Of a DNA stretch of 35,175 nucleotides, positions 18,118-26,763 are shown one piece after another (position 1 is the stretch's first letter; every line of letters begins with the position of its first letter). This DNA comes from a virus (lineage: Duplodnaviria > Caudoviricetes): positions 1 through 35,175 of IMG/VR virus record IMGVR_UViG_3300038312_000113; one strand, given 5' to 3'. A program made the position numbers and the translations under genes. Under the pieces are notes generated by a model. It saw only the letters and a list, made by a program, of their open reading frames with translations, was not told the DNA's origin and made no database searches.

Positions 18118-18196
18118 TTATGGACACTGTGGGGATATACATCTCGTATTTTGCAGGGGTGGGAAGCTGGCATGATTACCTAGGGAGGTGATAAGA

Positions 18197-18694
18197 GTGG
18201 CTAATTTAACTTCAAAACAGCAACAATTTGTAAAGGAATACCTGGTGGACTTAAACGCCACTCAGGCCGCGATTAGAGCTGGGTACAGTTCTAAGACAGC
18301 CAATAGAATAGCTACTGAAAACTTGTCGAAACCTGTTCTCCAGGCGGCTATTCAGGAGGCCATGCGGGAAAGGTCGGAGCGCACGCAGATCACCCAGGAC
18401 ATGGTGCTCCAAGAGTTGGCCAAGATCGGCTTTGCTGACCTCAAATCTGTTGTTTCCTGGACCAAAGACGGGAAGATCACCGTAAAACCCAGCGATGAGG
18501 TTGATGGTACTATCGTGTCTGAAATATCCGAGACCGAGATCAATTACGGTGATTACATTAAACGAACCAAAAAGGTCAAGCTGCACGATAAGCTCCGGGC
18601 TTTAGAGATGGTGGGCCGACATCTGGGGATGTTCAGGGATAATATCAATATAAATGCGGAAGTCGGTGTCCAAATCATCGATGATATAAAATGA
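18197..18694 (+). CDS. terS: terminase small subunit
   Basis: LTSKQQQFVKEYLVDLNATQAAIRAGYS...ENL.KP; KLRALEMVGRHLGMF. Confidence 0.92.
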   Translation: MANLTSKQQQFVKEYLVDLNATQAAIRAGYSSKTANRIATENLSKPVLQAAIQEAMRERSERTQITQDMVLQELAKIGFADLKSVVSWTKDGKITVKPSDEVDGTIVSEISETEINYGDYIKRTKKVKLHDKLRALEMVGRHLGMFRDNININAEVGVQIIDDIK

Positions 18695-19950
18695 TTCAAG
18701 TCAAGATGTCTGATAAGGTGCTGCCAGCCTTTCATGGCTTCTGGAGGGACTGCGATAAGTATTTATACAAGGTCCTTAAGGGTGGCCGGAACAGCGCAAA
18801 GTCAACCACTGTCAGCGAGAGGATCATCTTGGACCTGATGAAATCCCCGGTGAACGCCATAGCTCTCCGGAAAGTGGGCAGCACCCTTGAAACCAGTGTG
18901 TTTGAGCAGTTGAAATGGGCTATAGATTATCTGGAGGTCTCGCAGTACTGGAAGGTCAGAAAAAGCCCGCTGAAGTTGATATATCTTCCTCGGGGCAATG
19001 AAATACTCTTCCGTGGCGCTGATGATGCCATGAAAATTAAGTCAATCAAGACCAGTAAATTCCCTATCACCCATTTATGGATAGAGGAGCTTTCCGAGTT
19101 CAAGACCGAGGAAGAGGTTGATACTATCGTCAACTCAATCCTGAGATCTGAACTACCGGCAGGGTTGCAGTACAGTATATTCTTTAGCTATAACCCACCT
19201 AAGCGAAAGCAGAACTGGGTTAATAAGAAATATAATACTCAGTTCCTAGCCTCTAACACCTTGGTTCATCACAGCACCTTCCTGGATAACCCATATGTTT
19301 CTCAGGCATTCCGGGAAGAGGCGGCAGAAGTAAAAGCCAAGAGTGAACATAAATACCGGTGGATCTATCTGGGTGAGGCCATAGGTGGTGGAGTGGTTCC
19401 GTTCGATAATCTGGTATTCCGGCCTATTGCAGATGATGAGATCAGATCCTTCGACAACATAAGACAAGGCATAGACTGGGGTTATGCAGCCGATCCGTTC
19501 GCGTTTGTCAGATTACATTACGACAAGCGAAGGCGCCGGCTGTTTTTCATTGATGAGGTCTATGGTGTTAAGCTCAGCAACCGGGAAGCAGCCGCGCAGA
19601 TAAAAATCAAGGGGCTGAATGATTGCCGGGTTACTGCTGATTCAGCAGAGCCCAAAAGTATAGCCGAGTTTAAGACCTACGGTATTAAGTGTTATGGAGC
19701 CCAGAAAGGGCCAGGCAGCGTTGAGTATGGAGAAAAATGGCTCGACGACCTAGAGGAGATAGTTATTGACTATAAGCGCACTCCAAACGTCGCCCGGGAG
19801 TTTGAGAATATAGACTACAAGGTGGACAAGGACGGTAATATCAGGAGTGAGCTTGAGGATCAGGACAACCATACTATTGATGCTGCCAGGTATGCATGTG
19901 AGGATGACATGAAAGAGCGCAAGCTCAAGGCCGCTAAGAGCCTGTATTAA
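18691..19950 (+). CDS. terL: terminase large subunit, PBSX/SPP1-type
   Basis: GGRNSAKS, WIEE, SYNPP, GIDWGY..DP, ADSAEPKSI, DNHTIDAARYA. Confidence 0.93.
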   Translation: MIQVKMSDKVLPAFHGFWRDCDKYLYKVLKGGRNSAKSTTVSERIILDLMKSPVNAIALRKVGSTLETSVFEQLKWAIDYLEVSQYWKVRKSPLKLIYLPRGNEILFRGADDAMKIKSIKTSKFPITHLWIEELSEFKTEEEVDTIVNSILRSELPAGLQYSIFFSYNPPKRKQNWVNKKYNTQFLASNTLVHHSTFLDNPYVSQAFREEAAEVKAKSEHKYRWIYLGEAIGGGVVPFDNLVFRPIADDEIRSFDNIRQGIDWGYAADPFAFVRLHYDKRRRRLFFIDEVYGVKLSNREAAAQIKIKGLNDCRVTADSAEPKSIAEFKTYGIKCYGAQKGPGSVEYGEKWLDDLEEIVIDYKRTPNVAREFENIDYKVDKDGNIRSELEDQDNHTIDAARYACEDDMKERKLKAAKSLY

Positions 19951-19954
19951 AGGG

Positions 19955-21346
19955 GTGAAACATTTGCAGAACATACTTAAAGAGTTGGTCCAGTTAAATG
20001 GCCAGGTAACCAGCCAGATAATCAAGGACCTTATTGCTGACCATGCACCAACCCGGGCCAAGATGCTGGGCCTGTACAACCGATATAAGACAGATGACCT
20101 TCCTATCCTCAACCGGGAATTTGAGGATGAGAACAAGATCAACCGGAAACTGAATAACAGTTTTGATTCTGAGATAGTCGACACAAAAGTCGGCTATTTT
20201 ATCGGTAACCCCATCAGTTACCAGGTAGATAAAGCGCAGCAGGGTTCCGAGAAGGTCAACGCTACTCTCTCTGACTTCGCCTTGAGAAATAGCATCGACG
20301 ACCTGGACTCTGAGACCGTCAAAATGGCTACTATTTGCGGATATGCTGCCCGACTACTGTACATAGACAGAAACGGCCAGGAACGGGCCATGAAGGCCGA
20401 CCCCTGGGAAGTGATACTGGTCTATGATAGGAGTATTAACGAGCCCCAGTTCGCCCTCAGGTACTATGACGTGACCATCAAGGACGGCGATAAGGAAAAT
20501 ATCAGGACCCGAGTTGAGTGGTACGATGACCAGTATGTTACCTACTACCTGGAGAATGAGAAGGGCGAATATGTGCTGGATGTATCAGAGCCAGTCAATC
20601 CGCAGCCTCACTTATTCGATCTGGTACCGGTGATCATATTCCCCAACAATGAGGAGCAGCAGGGAGACGCCGAGAAGGTTCTGAACTTGATTGATGCCTA
20701 TGACCGGACCATGTCCGATGTGAATAGCGAGATCGAGCAGTTCAGACTGGCCTATATGGCCTTCTATGGTTATGACCCTGATGAGGAGACGCTTGCCAAG
20801 GCCCGGAAGACCGGAGCTTTCGGCCTGGATGAAAAGAGTGAAGGCGTTGGTATTGAGTTTATCACAAAAATCATGAACGATACTGCCATAGAAAACCATC
20901 TGAACCGGTTGGAAGGGAATATAATGCGCTTTGGTAAGTCAGTCAATATGACGGATGAATCATTTGCCAGCAACCTGTCAGGGGTTGCGATCCGTTATAA
21001 AATCATGGCTCTGGAAAACAAGTCCATCACGCTGGAACGCAAAATGACGGCCGCACTCCGGCAGCAGTTCAAGGTGTTGGCCACCGCCTGGGCCAAGAAA
21101 GGAATCCCGGTGGACTATACCAACATCTTCTTCCAGTTCAAGCGCAACCTGCCAGTGAACCTGCTAGATGAGGCAACCAGCACCGCACAACTGAAAGGTA
21201 CTGTGTCCGAGCGAACCCGGCTGTCCCAGCTATCCTTTGTGGATGATGTGGACTGGGAGATGGAGGAGATGGCAAAGGATGCAGAGGGGCTGGTGGATCT
21301 GGATGATTTAGACACTGGAGGTGGCAGTGGTGGCGAAGATACTTAA
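19955..21346 (+). CDS. SPP1-type portal protein
   Basis: IVDTKVGYFIGNPI, LIDAYD, NLSGVAIRYK, F.RNLP.N. Confidence 0.92.
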   Translation: MKHLQNILKELVQLNGQVTSQIIKDLIADHAPTRAKMLGLYNRYKTDDLPILNREFEDENKINRKLNNSFDSEIVDTKVGYFIGNPISYQVDKAQQGSEKVNATLSDFALRNSIDDLDSETVKMATICGYAARLLYIDRNGQERAMKADPWEVILVYDRSINEPQFALRYYDVTIKDGDKENIRTRVEWYDDQYVTYYLENEKGEYVLDVSEPVNPQPHLFDLVPVIIFPNNEEQQGDAEKVLNLIDAYDRTMSDVNSEIEQFRLAYMAFYGYDPDEETLAKARKTGAFGLDEKSEGVGIEFITKIMNDTAIENHLNRLEGNIMRFGKSVNMTDESFASNLSGVAIRYKIMALENKSITLERKMTAALRQQFKVLATAWAKKGIPVDYTNIFFQFKRNLPVNLLDEATSTAQLKGTVSERTRLSQLSFVDDVDWEMEEMAKDAEGLVDLDDLDTGGGSGGEDT

Positions 21347-21542
21347 ATTTGACCGTTCTGTTGAATGGGAAACAGATTTGTGTAAGCTATGTTCTAAAAA
21401 AGATACGTGTCATCACAATATTGAACCATGCCTCCCCCTCGAAATGCTGCGCCAGTTATGTTTGAAAAGTCCGGGAGAACAGGTTGCCGACCTTCGGAAT
21501 GTAGCTGAACACTTTGATTACCCTGGTGGTGATGCCTCGTGA
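21321..21542 (+). CDS. small Cys-rich protein between portal and minor head genes
   Basis: C..C.....C......C pattern; GGAGG upstream; GTGA coupling to the next gene; exact start uncertain. Confidence 0.5.
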   Translation: MAVVAKILKFDRSVEWETDLCKLCSKKDTCHHNIEPCLPLEMLRQLCLKSPGEQVADLRNVAEHFDYPGGDAS

Positions 21543-23311
21543 GCCTGGAAGATAAGTTCAAGCAAGGTGAACAAGCCGCCGAAAAACTGGAGCAGCAGGC
21601 CGAGAAAGAAATCATCAAAGCCTACCGGGAAAGCCTGAAAGAGATCCGGGCAGAGTTGGCCCTGGCATATGAGAAATACGCCATAGCCGGAGCACTTACC
21701 ATGGCCGAAATGATGAAATACGGGCGGTTAGTGAAGTTAGAGGCGGCAATAGCTAAAGAGGTTAGCAAACTAAACGGGACAGGGGCCCGGACTACCAAAA
21801 AGACCATTAAAAAGGTATTCCAGGAAAGCTACTACCGTTCAGCTTGGGCGCTTGAAACCGGGGCCGAGGTATCGCTTAGCTTTACCTTACTGAAACCCCA
21901 GGCAGTGGAGGCAGCAATATTAAACCCTTACGACCTCATAACCTGGCCGGAAAGAATCAAAGATAATGCCAGGCTTTTGGTTAGGCAAATACGGGAGGAA
22001 ATAAGCCGGGGCATTGTCCAGGGTTATTCATACGACAAAACAGCCCGAGCAGTGAAAGAACGACTTGACATCGGGGCCAGTAAGGCTATAAGGATAGTCC
22101 AGACCGAGACCCACCGGGCACAAAGCCAGGGAACCCAAACCGCCTTTGAAGAGGCAGCGGAAAAGGGCCTGGTTTTCAAGAGGGTTTGGATAAGTACATT
22201 AGACGGCAGGACCAGAGACCGACACCGGGCGCTTGACGGCCAGAAGGCAGAAGCTGACCAGCCCTTTAAAATGGACGGCATGACCGCCATGTACCCGGGC
22301 GGGTTCGGTATTGCATCTATGGACATCAATTGTTTCCCTGGTGATATGTGCGTTTATTCCGAATCCCCGATTGAAGGAGCGACAAAACGGTGGTATGAGG
22401 GCGAGCTAATTGAAATTAAAACTACGACTGGTGTAATCGTCGCCGGAACCCCTAATCACCCGATATTGACCGAGCAAGGATGGCTGCCTCTTAATCTCGT
22501 GGCAAAAGGATGCAATGTAGTCTGCTGCGCCATCGCTGAGCCAATTACCGCGAGTAACCCATACCCATACAACAGACCAACCGCATTCGGTAAGGCGTTT
22601 AGTCTTACGGATATTGTTGGCACGGTGTCTAAGCAGAGGGCTCGCGGGGTCAATCCACAGTTCCACGGCGACGGGTTCAACAGCGATGTCGATATTATAT
22701 TTCTCAAAAGCAAGCTGGACAACAGGGTTAAGCCCGCGCTCCCGAAGCATCTCAGCCAAGACCAACTCTCCCTTGCCGAGCTTAGAGAGGGTGACTTGCT
22801 TGGTGACAGCACTTTTGGACATTTCCCTAGCAGTTCTCTTTCTCCCTCTGACGGCACTATGAGCGGCGGCAGCGAGAGCGCTGCGTTCTTCGGGGGGGGT
22901 GTTCGCCATTCTGACAAACATAGCCTCGCTACGATTGCGGCAACTGACGTTATGTTCCTGCAAGATGCGGCGAATAACAGGTCGGCTAACATTGAGGGAT
23001 TGTGCAAGAGCCTTTTCGGAAGTTCCAGCGAGATAAGTTTCGACAACGTAATTGCTGTCAATGTGCGTAAATTTTCTGGTCATGTTTATAACCTCCAAAC
23101 AAGTAATAGCGTATATATTACTAATGCCATTGTACCGCAAAAAGTCCAAAAATTCAAGGGTGCTGTGGCACACAACTGCCGGTGTACGGTCAGGGCAGAA
23201 ATTGAAGGTATGTCCCCTACCCTACGCCGGGCCCGGGATGAAAAAACCGGAAAGAATGTTGTGATATCGAATATCACCTACCAAGAATGGTATAATAATA
23301 CAGTAAAGTAG
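21539..23311 (+). CDS. SPP1 gp7/MuF-like minor head protein containing an intein
   Basis: A.RIVQTETHRA, W.STLDGRTR.RH..LDGQ; the DINCRC motif is split by the intein; spliced product about 308 aa. Confidence 0.9.
   Translation: MSLEDKFKQGEQAAEKLEQQAEKEIIKAYRESLKEIRAELALAYEKYAIAGALTMAEMMKYGRLVKLEAAIAKEVSKLNGTGARTTKKTIKKVFQESYYRSAWALETGAEVSLSFTLLKPQAVEAAILNPYDLITWPERIKDNARLLVRQIREEISRGIVQGYSYDKTARAVKERLDIGASKAIRIVQTETHRAQSQGTQTAFEEAAEKGLVFKRVWISTLDGRTRDRHRALDGQKAEADQPFKMDGMTAMYPGGFGIASMDINCFPGDMCVYSESPIEGATKRWYEGELIEIKTTTGVIVAGTPNHPILTEQGWLPLNLVAKGCNVVCCAIAEPITASNPYPYNRPTAFGKAFSLTDIVGTVSKQRARGVNPQFHGDGFNSDVDIIFLKSKLDNRVKPALPKHLSQDQLSLAELREGDLLGDSTFGHFPSSSLSPSDGTMSGGSESAAFFGGGVRHSDKHSLATIAATDVMFLQDAANNRSANIEGLCKSLFGSSSEISFDNVIAVNVRKFSGHVYNLQTSNSVYITNAIVPQKVQKFKGAVAHNCRCTVRAEIEGMSPTLRRARDEKTGKNVVISNITYQEWYNNTVK
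22406..23083 (-). CDS. antisense-encoded HTH plus Vsr/DUF559-like endonuclease inside the intein
   Basis: GGAGG RBS 8 nt before ATG 23083; HTH SEKALAQSLNVSRPVIRRIL; nuclease-like GELVLAEMLRERGL..Q......IDIA....AVE...K...L...GWSVVWVW. Confidence 0.8.
   Translation of the reverse strand: MTRKFTHIDSNYVVETYLAGTSEKALAQSLNVSRPVIRRILQEHNVSCRNRSEAMFVRMANTPPEERSALAAAAHSAVRGRKRTAREMSKSAVTKQVTLSKLGKGELVLAEMLRERGLNPVVQLAFEKYNIDIAVEPVAVELWIDPASPLLRHRANNIRKTKRLTECGWSVVWVWVTRGNWLSDGAADYIASFCHEIKRQPSLLGQYRVIRGSGDDYTSRSFNFN
23129..23157 (-). promoter_or_regulatory. sigma-A-type antisense promoter for the intein endonuclease
   Basis: Minus strand TTGAAT (23157-23152), 17 nt, TACAAT (23134-23129). Confidence 0.7.
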
Positions 23312-23312
23312 T

Positions 23313-23582
23313 TTGGGAGGTGGTAATATCTCAGATGACAAAATGGACTTCGGCGACTTCAAAGAGATGTTGAGACAGCATTCCCCAGACAACCAAATGC
23401 AGAAGATGGAACTTGATGAAGTTAGTATAGTAAGAAAGTTGTTGCATCTATACCAGAGGATTTACCAGCATGAACTGACACCGGCACCACTAAAGGACTT
23501 TATTTACATGGAGGTTCGGAGGGCACTCAGGAAGGACCTGGATATTCGGGCATTCCTGGAGGGCCGGGAGGAATTATTTTAA
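23313..23582 (+). CDS. hypothetical protein
   Basis: 89-aa ORF; start uncertain (ATG 23343 possible); followed by a hairpin and T tract near 23597-23623. Confidence 0.5.
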   Translation: MGGGNISDDKMDFGDFKEMLRQHSPDNQMQKMELDEVSIVRKLLHLYQRIYQHELTPAPLKDFIYMEVRRALRKDLDIRAFLEGREELF

Positions 23583-23646
23583 TAACTTAGTGTATGACGC
23601 TCGCTTTGGCGGGTGTTTTTTTTGGATAAGTAAGGAGGTTTGACTT

Positions 23647-23901
23647 ATGGCCAAATATAGAAAGAAACCTGTTATTATTGAGGCAGAGCAATATACCAAA
23701 TACGGTAAACTGGTTAAAGGAATGTGTAACTCGCAAAGCTGTTATTGTGCGGGCAATACCGAACCTCATGTTCATACAATACATGATAATCAAATCATTA
23801 ACCTTGAGGTCGGTGATTATATTATTCCAGAAGCGGACGGAGAACATTATTACCCCTGCAAACCGGATATATTCGAAAAGACCTATGAACCGGCTGATTA
23901 G
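23647..23901 (+). CDS. KYRKKPV-family (PGDYG-like) phage protein, copy 1
   Basis: MAKYRKKPVIIEA...GDYII......YPCKPDIFEKTYE; AAGGAGG RBS. Confidence 0.75.
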   Translation: MAKYRKKPVIIEAEQYTKYGKLVKGMCNSQSCYCAGNTEPHVHTIHDNQIINLEVGDYIIPEADGEHYYPCKPDIFEKTYEPAD

Positions 23902-24010
23902 CGAAAGGCGGGTGATTGCCTATGTACAAGTTCGCGTGCTGCGTGAAAACCGCGCGAATAAGGGATTTATACAGATGCTACCGATATAAATGTCGGGACC
24001 AAAATGATGA

Positions 24011-24040
24011 TAAAGCGGCTTAGAAATAGGCCGTTTTTTT
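24011..24040 (+). terminator. intrinsic terminator-like hairpin
   Basis: AAAGCGGCTTA-gaaa-TAGGCCGTTT followed by T run. Confidence 0.55.
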
Positions 24041-24062
24041 ATTGACCAAAAGGAGGGTTGAA

Positions 24063-24326
24063 ATGGCTGAGTACCGCAAGAAACCTGTGGTTGTAGAGGT
24101 GTTTAAGATGGGTATTGACCCTATACCAGATTGGTTCATGGACAAGGTTACTGCAAACGAGGTAATTCTTCATTCTGATGATTACGGGCAAACATATTGC
24201 GATATTAAGACACTCGAAGGCACAATGCGTGGAGACTATGGCGACTACATTATCAGGGGCGTTCAGGGCGAAATTTACCCCTGTAAGCCTGACATATTCG
24301 AGCAGACCTATGAACCAGTTGATTAA
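24063..24326 (+). CDS. KYRKKPV-family (PGDYG-like) phage protein, copy 2
   Basis: MAEYRKKPVVVEV...IKTLEG.M....GDYIIRGVQGEIYPCKPDIFEQTYE. Confidence 0.8.
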   Translation: MAEYRKKPVVVEVFKMGIDPIPDWFMDKVTANEVILHSDDYGQTYCDIKTLEGTMRGDYGDYIIRGVQGEIYPCKPDIFEQTYEPVD

Positions 24327-24375
24327 TGCACTCCCTGGCGCGTACTGGGAGGGCTAATAAGAGGAGGAAATATTT

Positions 24376-25008
24376 ATGACGTTGGAAGAACTCAAACAAT
24401 TTATCGAGGCTAACAAGGACAACCAGGAAGTACAGAACTACCTCAAGGGGTTATATCCTTTGACACCGGAGGGCGTTACTGCGTTTTTAAACACCGAGGA
24501 TGGCAAGAAGCTATTACAACCACGGTTAGACCAGCACTTCACGAAAGGACTGGAAACCTGGAAAGAAAAGACCTTACCTTCCCTGCTGGATGAAGAAATC
24601 AAAAAGAAGTTCCCAGGGGAAACCGAGGACCAGAAACGCATGCGGAAACTGGAAGATGAACTGAAGGCAGAGAAACAGGCCAGGATACGCAGCGAACTGG
24701 TTAACAAAGCCACTACACTCGCAACACAAAAGGGCCTGCCTGTGGATCTGGTGGCGTACTTTGTGGGGCAAGATGAGGAAACGACAACTAACAACCTGAC
24801 CGCGCTAGAAAGCATCTGGCAGCAGTATTTGGAAAAGGCCGTTGAAGCTAAGTTTAAGGACAGCGGCAGATCACCTAATCAGGGGGGCGGTGGCGGTACC
24901 GGCCAGATTAACCCCTGGAAGAAAGAAACCTTTAACCTGACTGAGCAGGGCCGGCTACTTCGAGATAACCCCGAGCTGGCCAAACAGTTACAGGCACAAG
25001 CCAAATAA
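24376..25008 (+). CDS. capsid scaffolding protein (DUF4355-like)
   Basis: Coiled-coil; C-terminal NPWKKETFNLTEQGRLLRDNPELAKQL. Confidence 0.85.
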   Translation: MTLEELKQFIEANKDNQEVQNYLKGLYPLTPEGVTAFLNTEDGKKLLQPRLDQHFTKGLETWKEKTLPSLLDEEIKKKFPGETEDQKRMRKLEDELKAEKQARIRSELVNKATTLATQKGLPVDLVAYFVGQDEETTTNNLTALESIWQQYLEKAVEAKFKDSGRSPNQGGGGGTGQINPWKKETFNLTEQGRLLRDNPELAKQLQAQAK

Positions 25009-25024
25009 TTAAGGAGGTGGGCCT

Positions 25025-25510
25025 ATGGCATGGGCCGATATTAAGGCTTATACTGCAGCAGACTTGGCAAAAGGTAAGGCTGAGATCGATGAAGTTATAA
25101 ACGCAATAAGCGCAAAGCTATCAGCAAATAGGCATCGCAACGGCAAACTCACCGATGAAGAGCATTATACCCAGTTGTTTATCAATCAAACTCTAGTGCC
25201 CAGATCCGGTGAGTTTAGCACAAACATAGTAGGCGGGCTAATTAATGCTGCAACCTATTCAATGAATGGTGACGATGTTGTTGTGGCAGGCAAAGAGGCA
25301 GAGACCAAGGTGGAAATCGTTGCTGAAATTGCAAAGGTTATCGACGCCTTGGAGCTTGACGGGTGCGCTTATGTTGTGGCCGAGACCGCTTACACAGCAC
25401 CAACAGCCGAAGCTAATGGCAGCTACAAGTTTAAGGTGACCGTAAGCAAAGCAGGGAAGAATTTTATAACCCCTGAGATAACTGCAACTATTGTTAAATT
25501 GACCGCTTAG
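25025..25510 (+). CDS. uncharacterised protein between scaffold and capsid genes (possible head decoration)
   Basis: AAGGAGG RBS; Ala/Thr-rich beta-type C-terminus. Confidence 0.55.
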   Translation: MAWADIKAYTAADLAKGKAEIDEVINAISAKLSANRHRNGKLTDEEHYTQLFINQTLVPRSGEFSTNIVGGLINAATYSMNGDDVVVAGKEAETKVEIVAEIAKVIDALELDGCAYVVAETAYTAPTAEANGSYKFKVTVSKAGKNFITPEITATIVKLTA

Positions 25511-25544
25511 GAAACCTAAGCATAATTTTAAGGAGGAATGAACT

Positions 25545-26504
25545 ATGCCGGCGACTCGTATAGCTGATGTTATTGTCCCTGAGGTATTTAATCCTTATGT
25601 GGTCCAGCGTACTGCTGAACTATCCGAATTGTACCAGTGTGGAATAATCCAGGGAGACCCTGCTTTTGATGCCTTGGCCAGAAGTGGTGGTCGTCTGCTG
25701 AATATGCCCTTCTGGAATGACCTATCTGGTAATGACGAAGTATTGAGCGACCAGAACCCGTTGCAGGTGAATGCTATCACTTCCGGGCAGGACGTAGCGT
25801 GTTTACTCATGCGAGGGAAAGCCTGGGGTGTAAACGACCTGGCTAAAGCGCTGTCCGGTGACGACCCTCTGAAAGCCATTGGTGACCTCGTAGCCGCCTA
25901 TTGGGCACGCAGAATGCAGGCTGTTCTGCTGTCCACTTTAGCTGGCATCTTCGGAGCCGCCAACATGGCCGGGAACGCACTGGATATCTCTGCGGTTGTT
26001 GCCCCGGCTGTACCCGATTTTACTGCATCTACTTTTGTTGATGCTCAGCAGCTGTTAGGCGACAACAAAGACAAACTTTCTGGAGTTATGATGCACTCTG
26101 CTACCGAGGCCAGCCTAATAAAACAGGGCTTAATCGTGTGGGACGTCATCGAAGGCGGTACCACCCGCGTAAAGACCCTGTTGGGAAAACGTGTTATCGT
26201 TGATGATGGCTGTCCGGTTGCAAACAACGTATACACCTCTTACCTCTTTGGCGAGAGTGCCATTGCTTACGGCAATGGCGGGGCCCCGGTACCCACTGAA
26301 ACCGACCGTGACAGCTTGCAGGGTGATGATATCCTGATTAACCGCAAACATTTTATCCTGCATCCCCGGGGAGTAGCTTTCCAAGATGCAGCTGTAGTCG
26401 GAGCGAGCCCGACTAACTTAGAGTTAGCCAATGCGGCTAATTGGTCTCGCGTATACGAGAACAAGAACATCAGGATTGTATCTTTCACTCATACCCTGGC
26501 ATAA
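25545..26504 (+). CDS. major capsid protein (SPP1 gp13-like)
   Basis: TRIADVIVPEVFNPYV, MPFWNDL.G, LGKRVIVDDG.P, LHPRG, NWSRVYENKNIRIV. Confidence 0.9.
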   Translation: MPATRIADVIVPEVFNPYVVQRTAELSELYQCGIIQGDPAFDALARSGGRLLNMPFWNDLSGNDEVLSDQNPLQVNAITSGQDVACLLMRGKAWGVNDLAKALSGDDPLKAIGDLVAAYWARRMQAVLLSTLAGIFGAANMAGNALDISAVVAPAVPDFTASTFVDAQQLLGDNKDKLSGVMMHSATEASLIKQGLIVWDVIEGGTTRVKTLLGKRVIVDDGCPVANNVYTSYLFGESAIAYGNGGAPVPTETDRDSLQGDDILINRKHFILHPRGVAFQDAAVVGASPTNLELANAANWSRVYENKNIRIVSFTHTLA

Positions 26505-26550
26505 TCGGAGGGGCTTAGTCCCCTCCCCTTTTCATAAGTGAGGTGAAACT

Positions 26551-26763
26551 ATGGGACTTGCAGGATTTAACCGCATGAGGCGGCTTAAACAGGTCGCAGA
26601 AGAGGCGACCAAACTTGAAACTGTTGAAATCCAGGTACCGGAAAAGGTCCTGGACGATATGCCCTACCAGGAACTCCGGGCACTTGCCAAGGAACGTGAA
26701 ATCGAGGGCTATCACAAGATGAACACCGAAGAACTACGGGAGGCCCTGAAAGAAGGTGGCTAG
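26551..26763 (+). CDS. small protein with Rho-N-terminal-like (HeH) domain
   Basis: LDDM...ELRALAKEREIEGYHKMN.EEL. Confidence 0.7.
   Translation: MGLAGFNRMRRLKQVAEEATKLETVEIQVPEKVLDDMPYQELRALAKEREIEGYHKMNTEELREALKEGG

Larger units (their letters stand above)
22331..23176 (+). mobile_element. intein (282 aa), with no recognisable endonuclease in the sense frame
   Basis: Block A CFPGD, block B TPNHPILT..GW, block F GHVYNLQT, block G AHN followed by Cys+1; removing it restores DIN-CRC. Confidence 0.92.

Noticed and set aside
18118-18190. tRNA in the gap before terS, or a self-target for the omega-RNA guide elsewhere in the genome
   Set aside because: No cloverleaf or T-loop motif seen. No second copy of TTATGGACAC was noticed by eye, though this needs a computed search.
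22456-23061. Second minus-strand ORF (201 aa) inside the intein
   Set aside because: Ser/Leu-rich, no RBS or motif seen; probably a by-product of the double coding constraint.
24331-24351. CTCCC/GGGAG hairpin upstream of the scaffold RBS as a translational operator
   Set aside because: Short stem with no independent support from this sequence alone.
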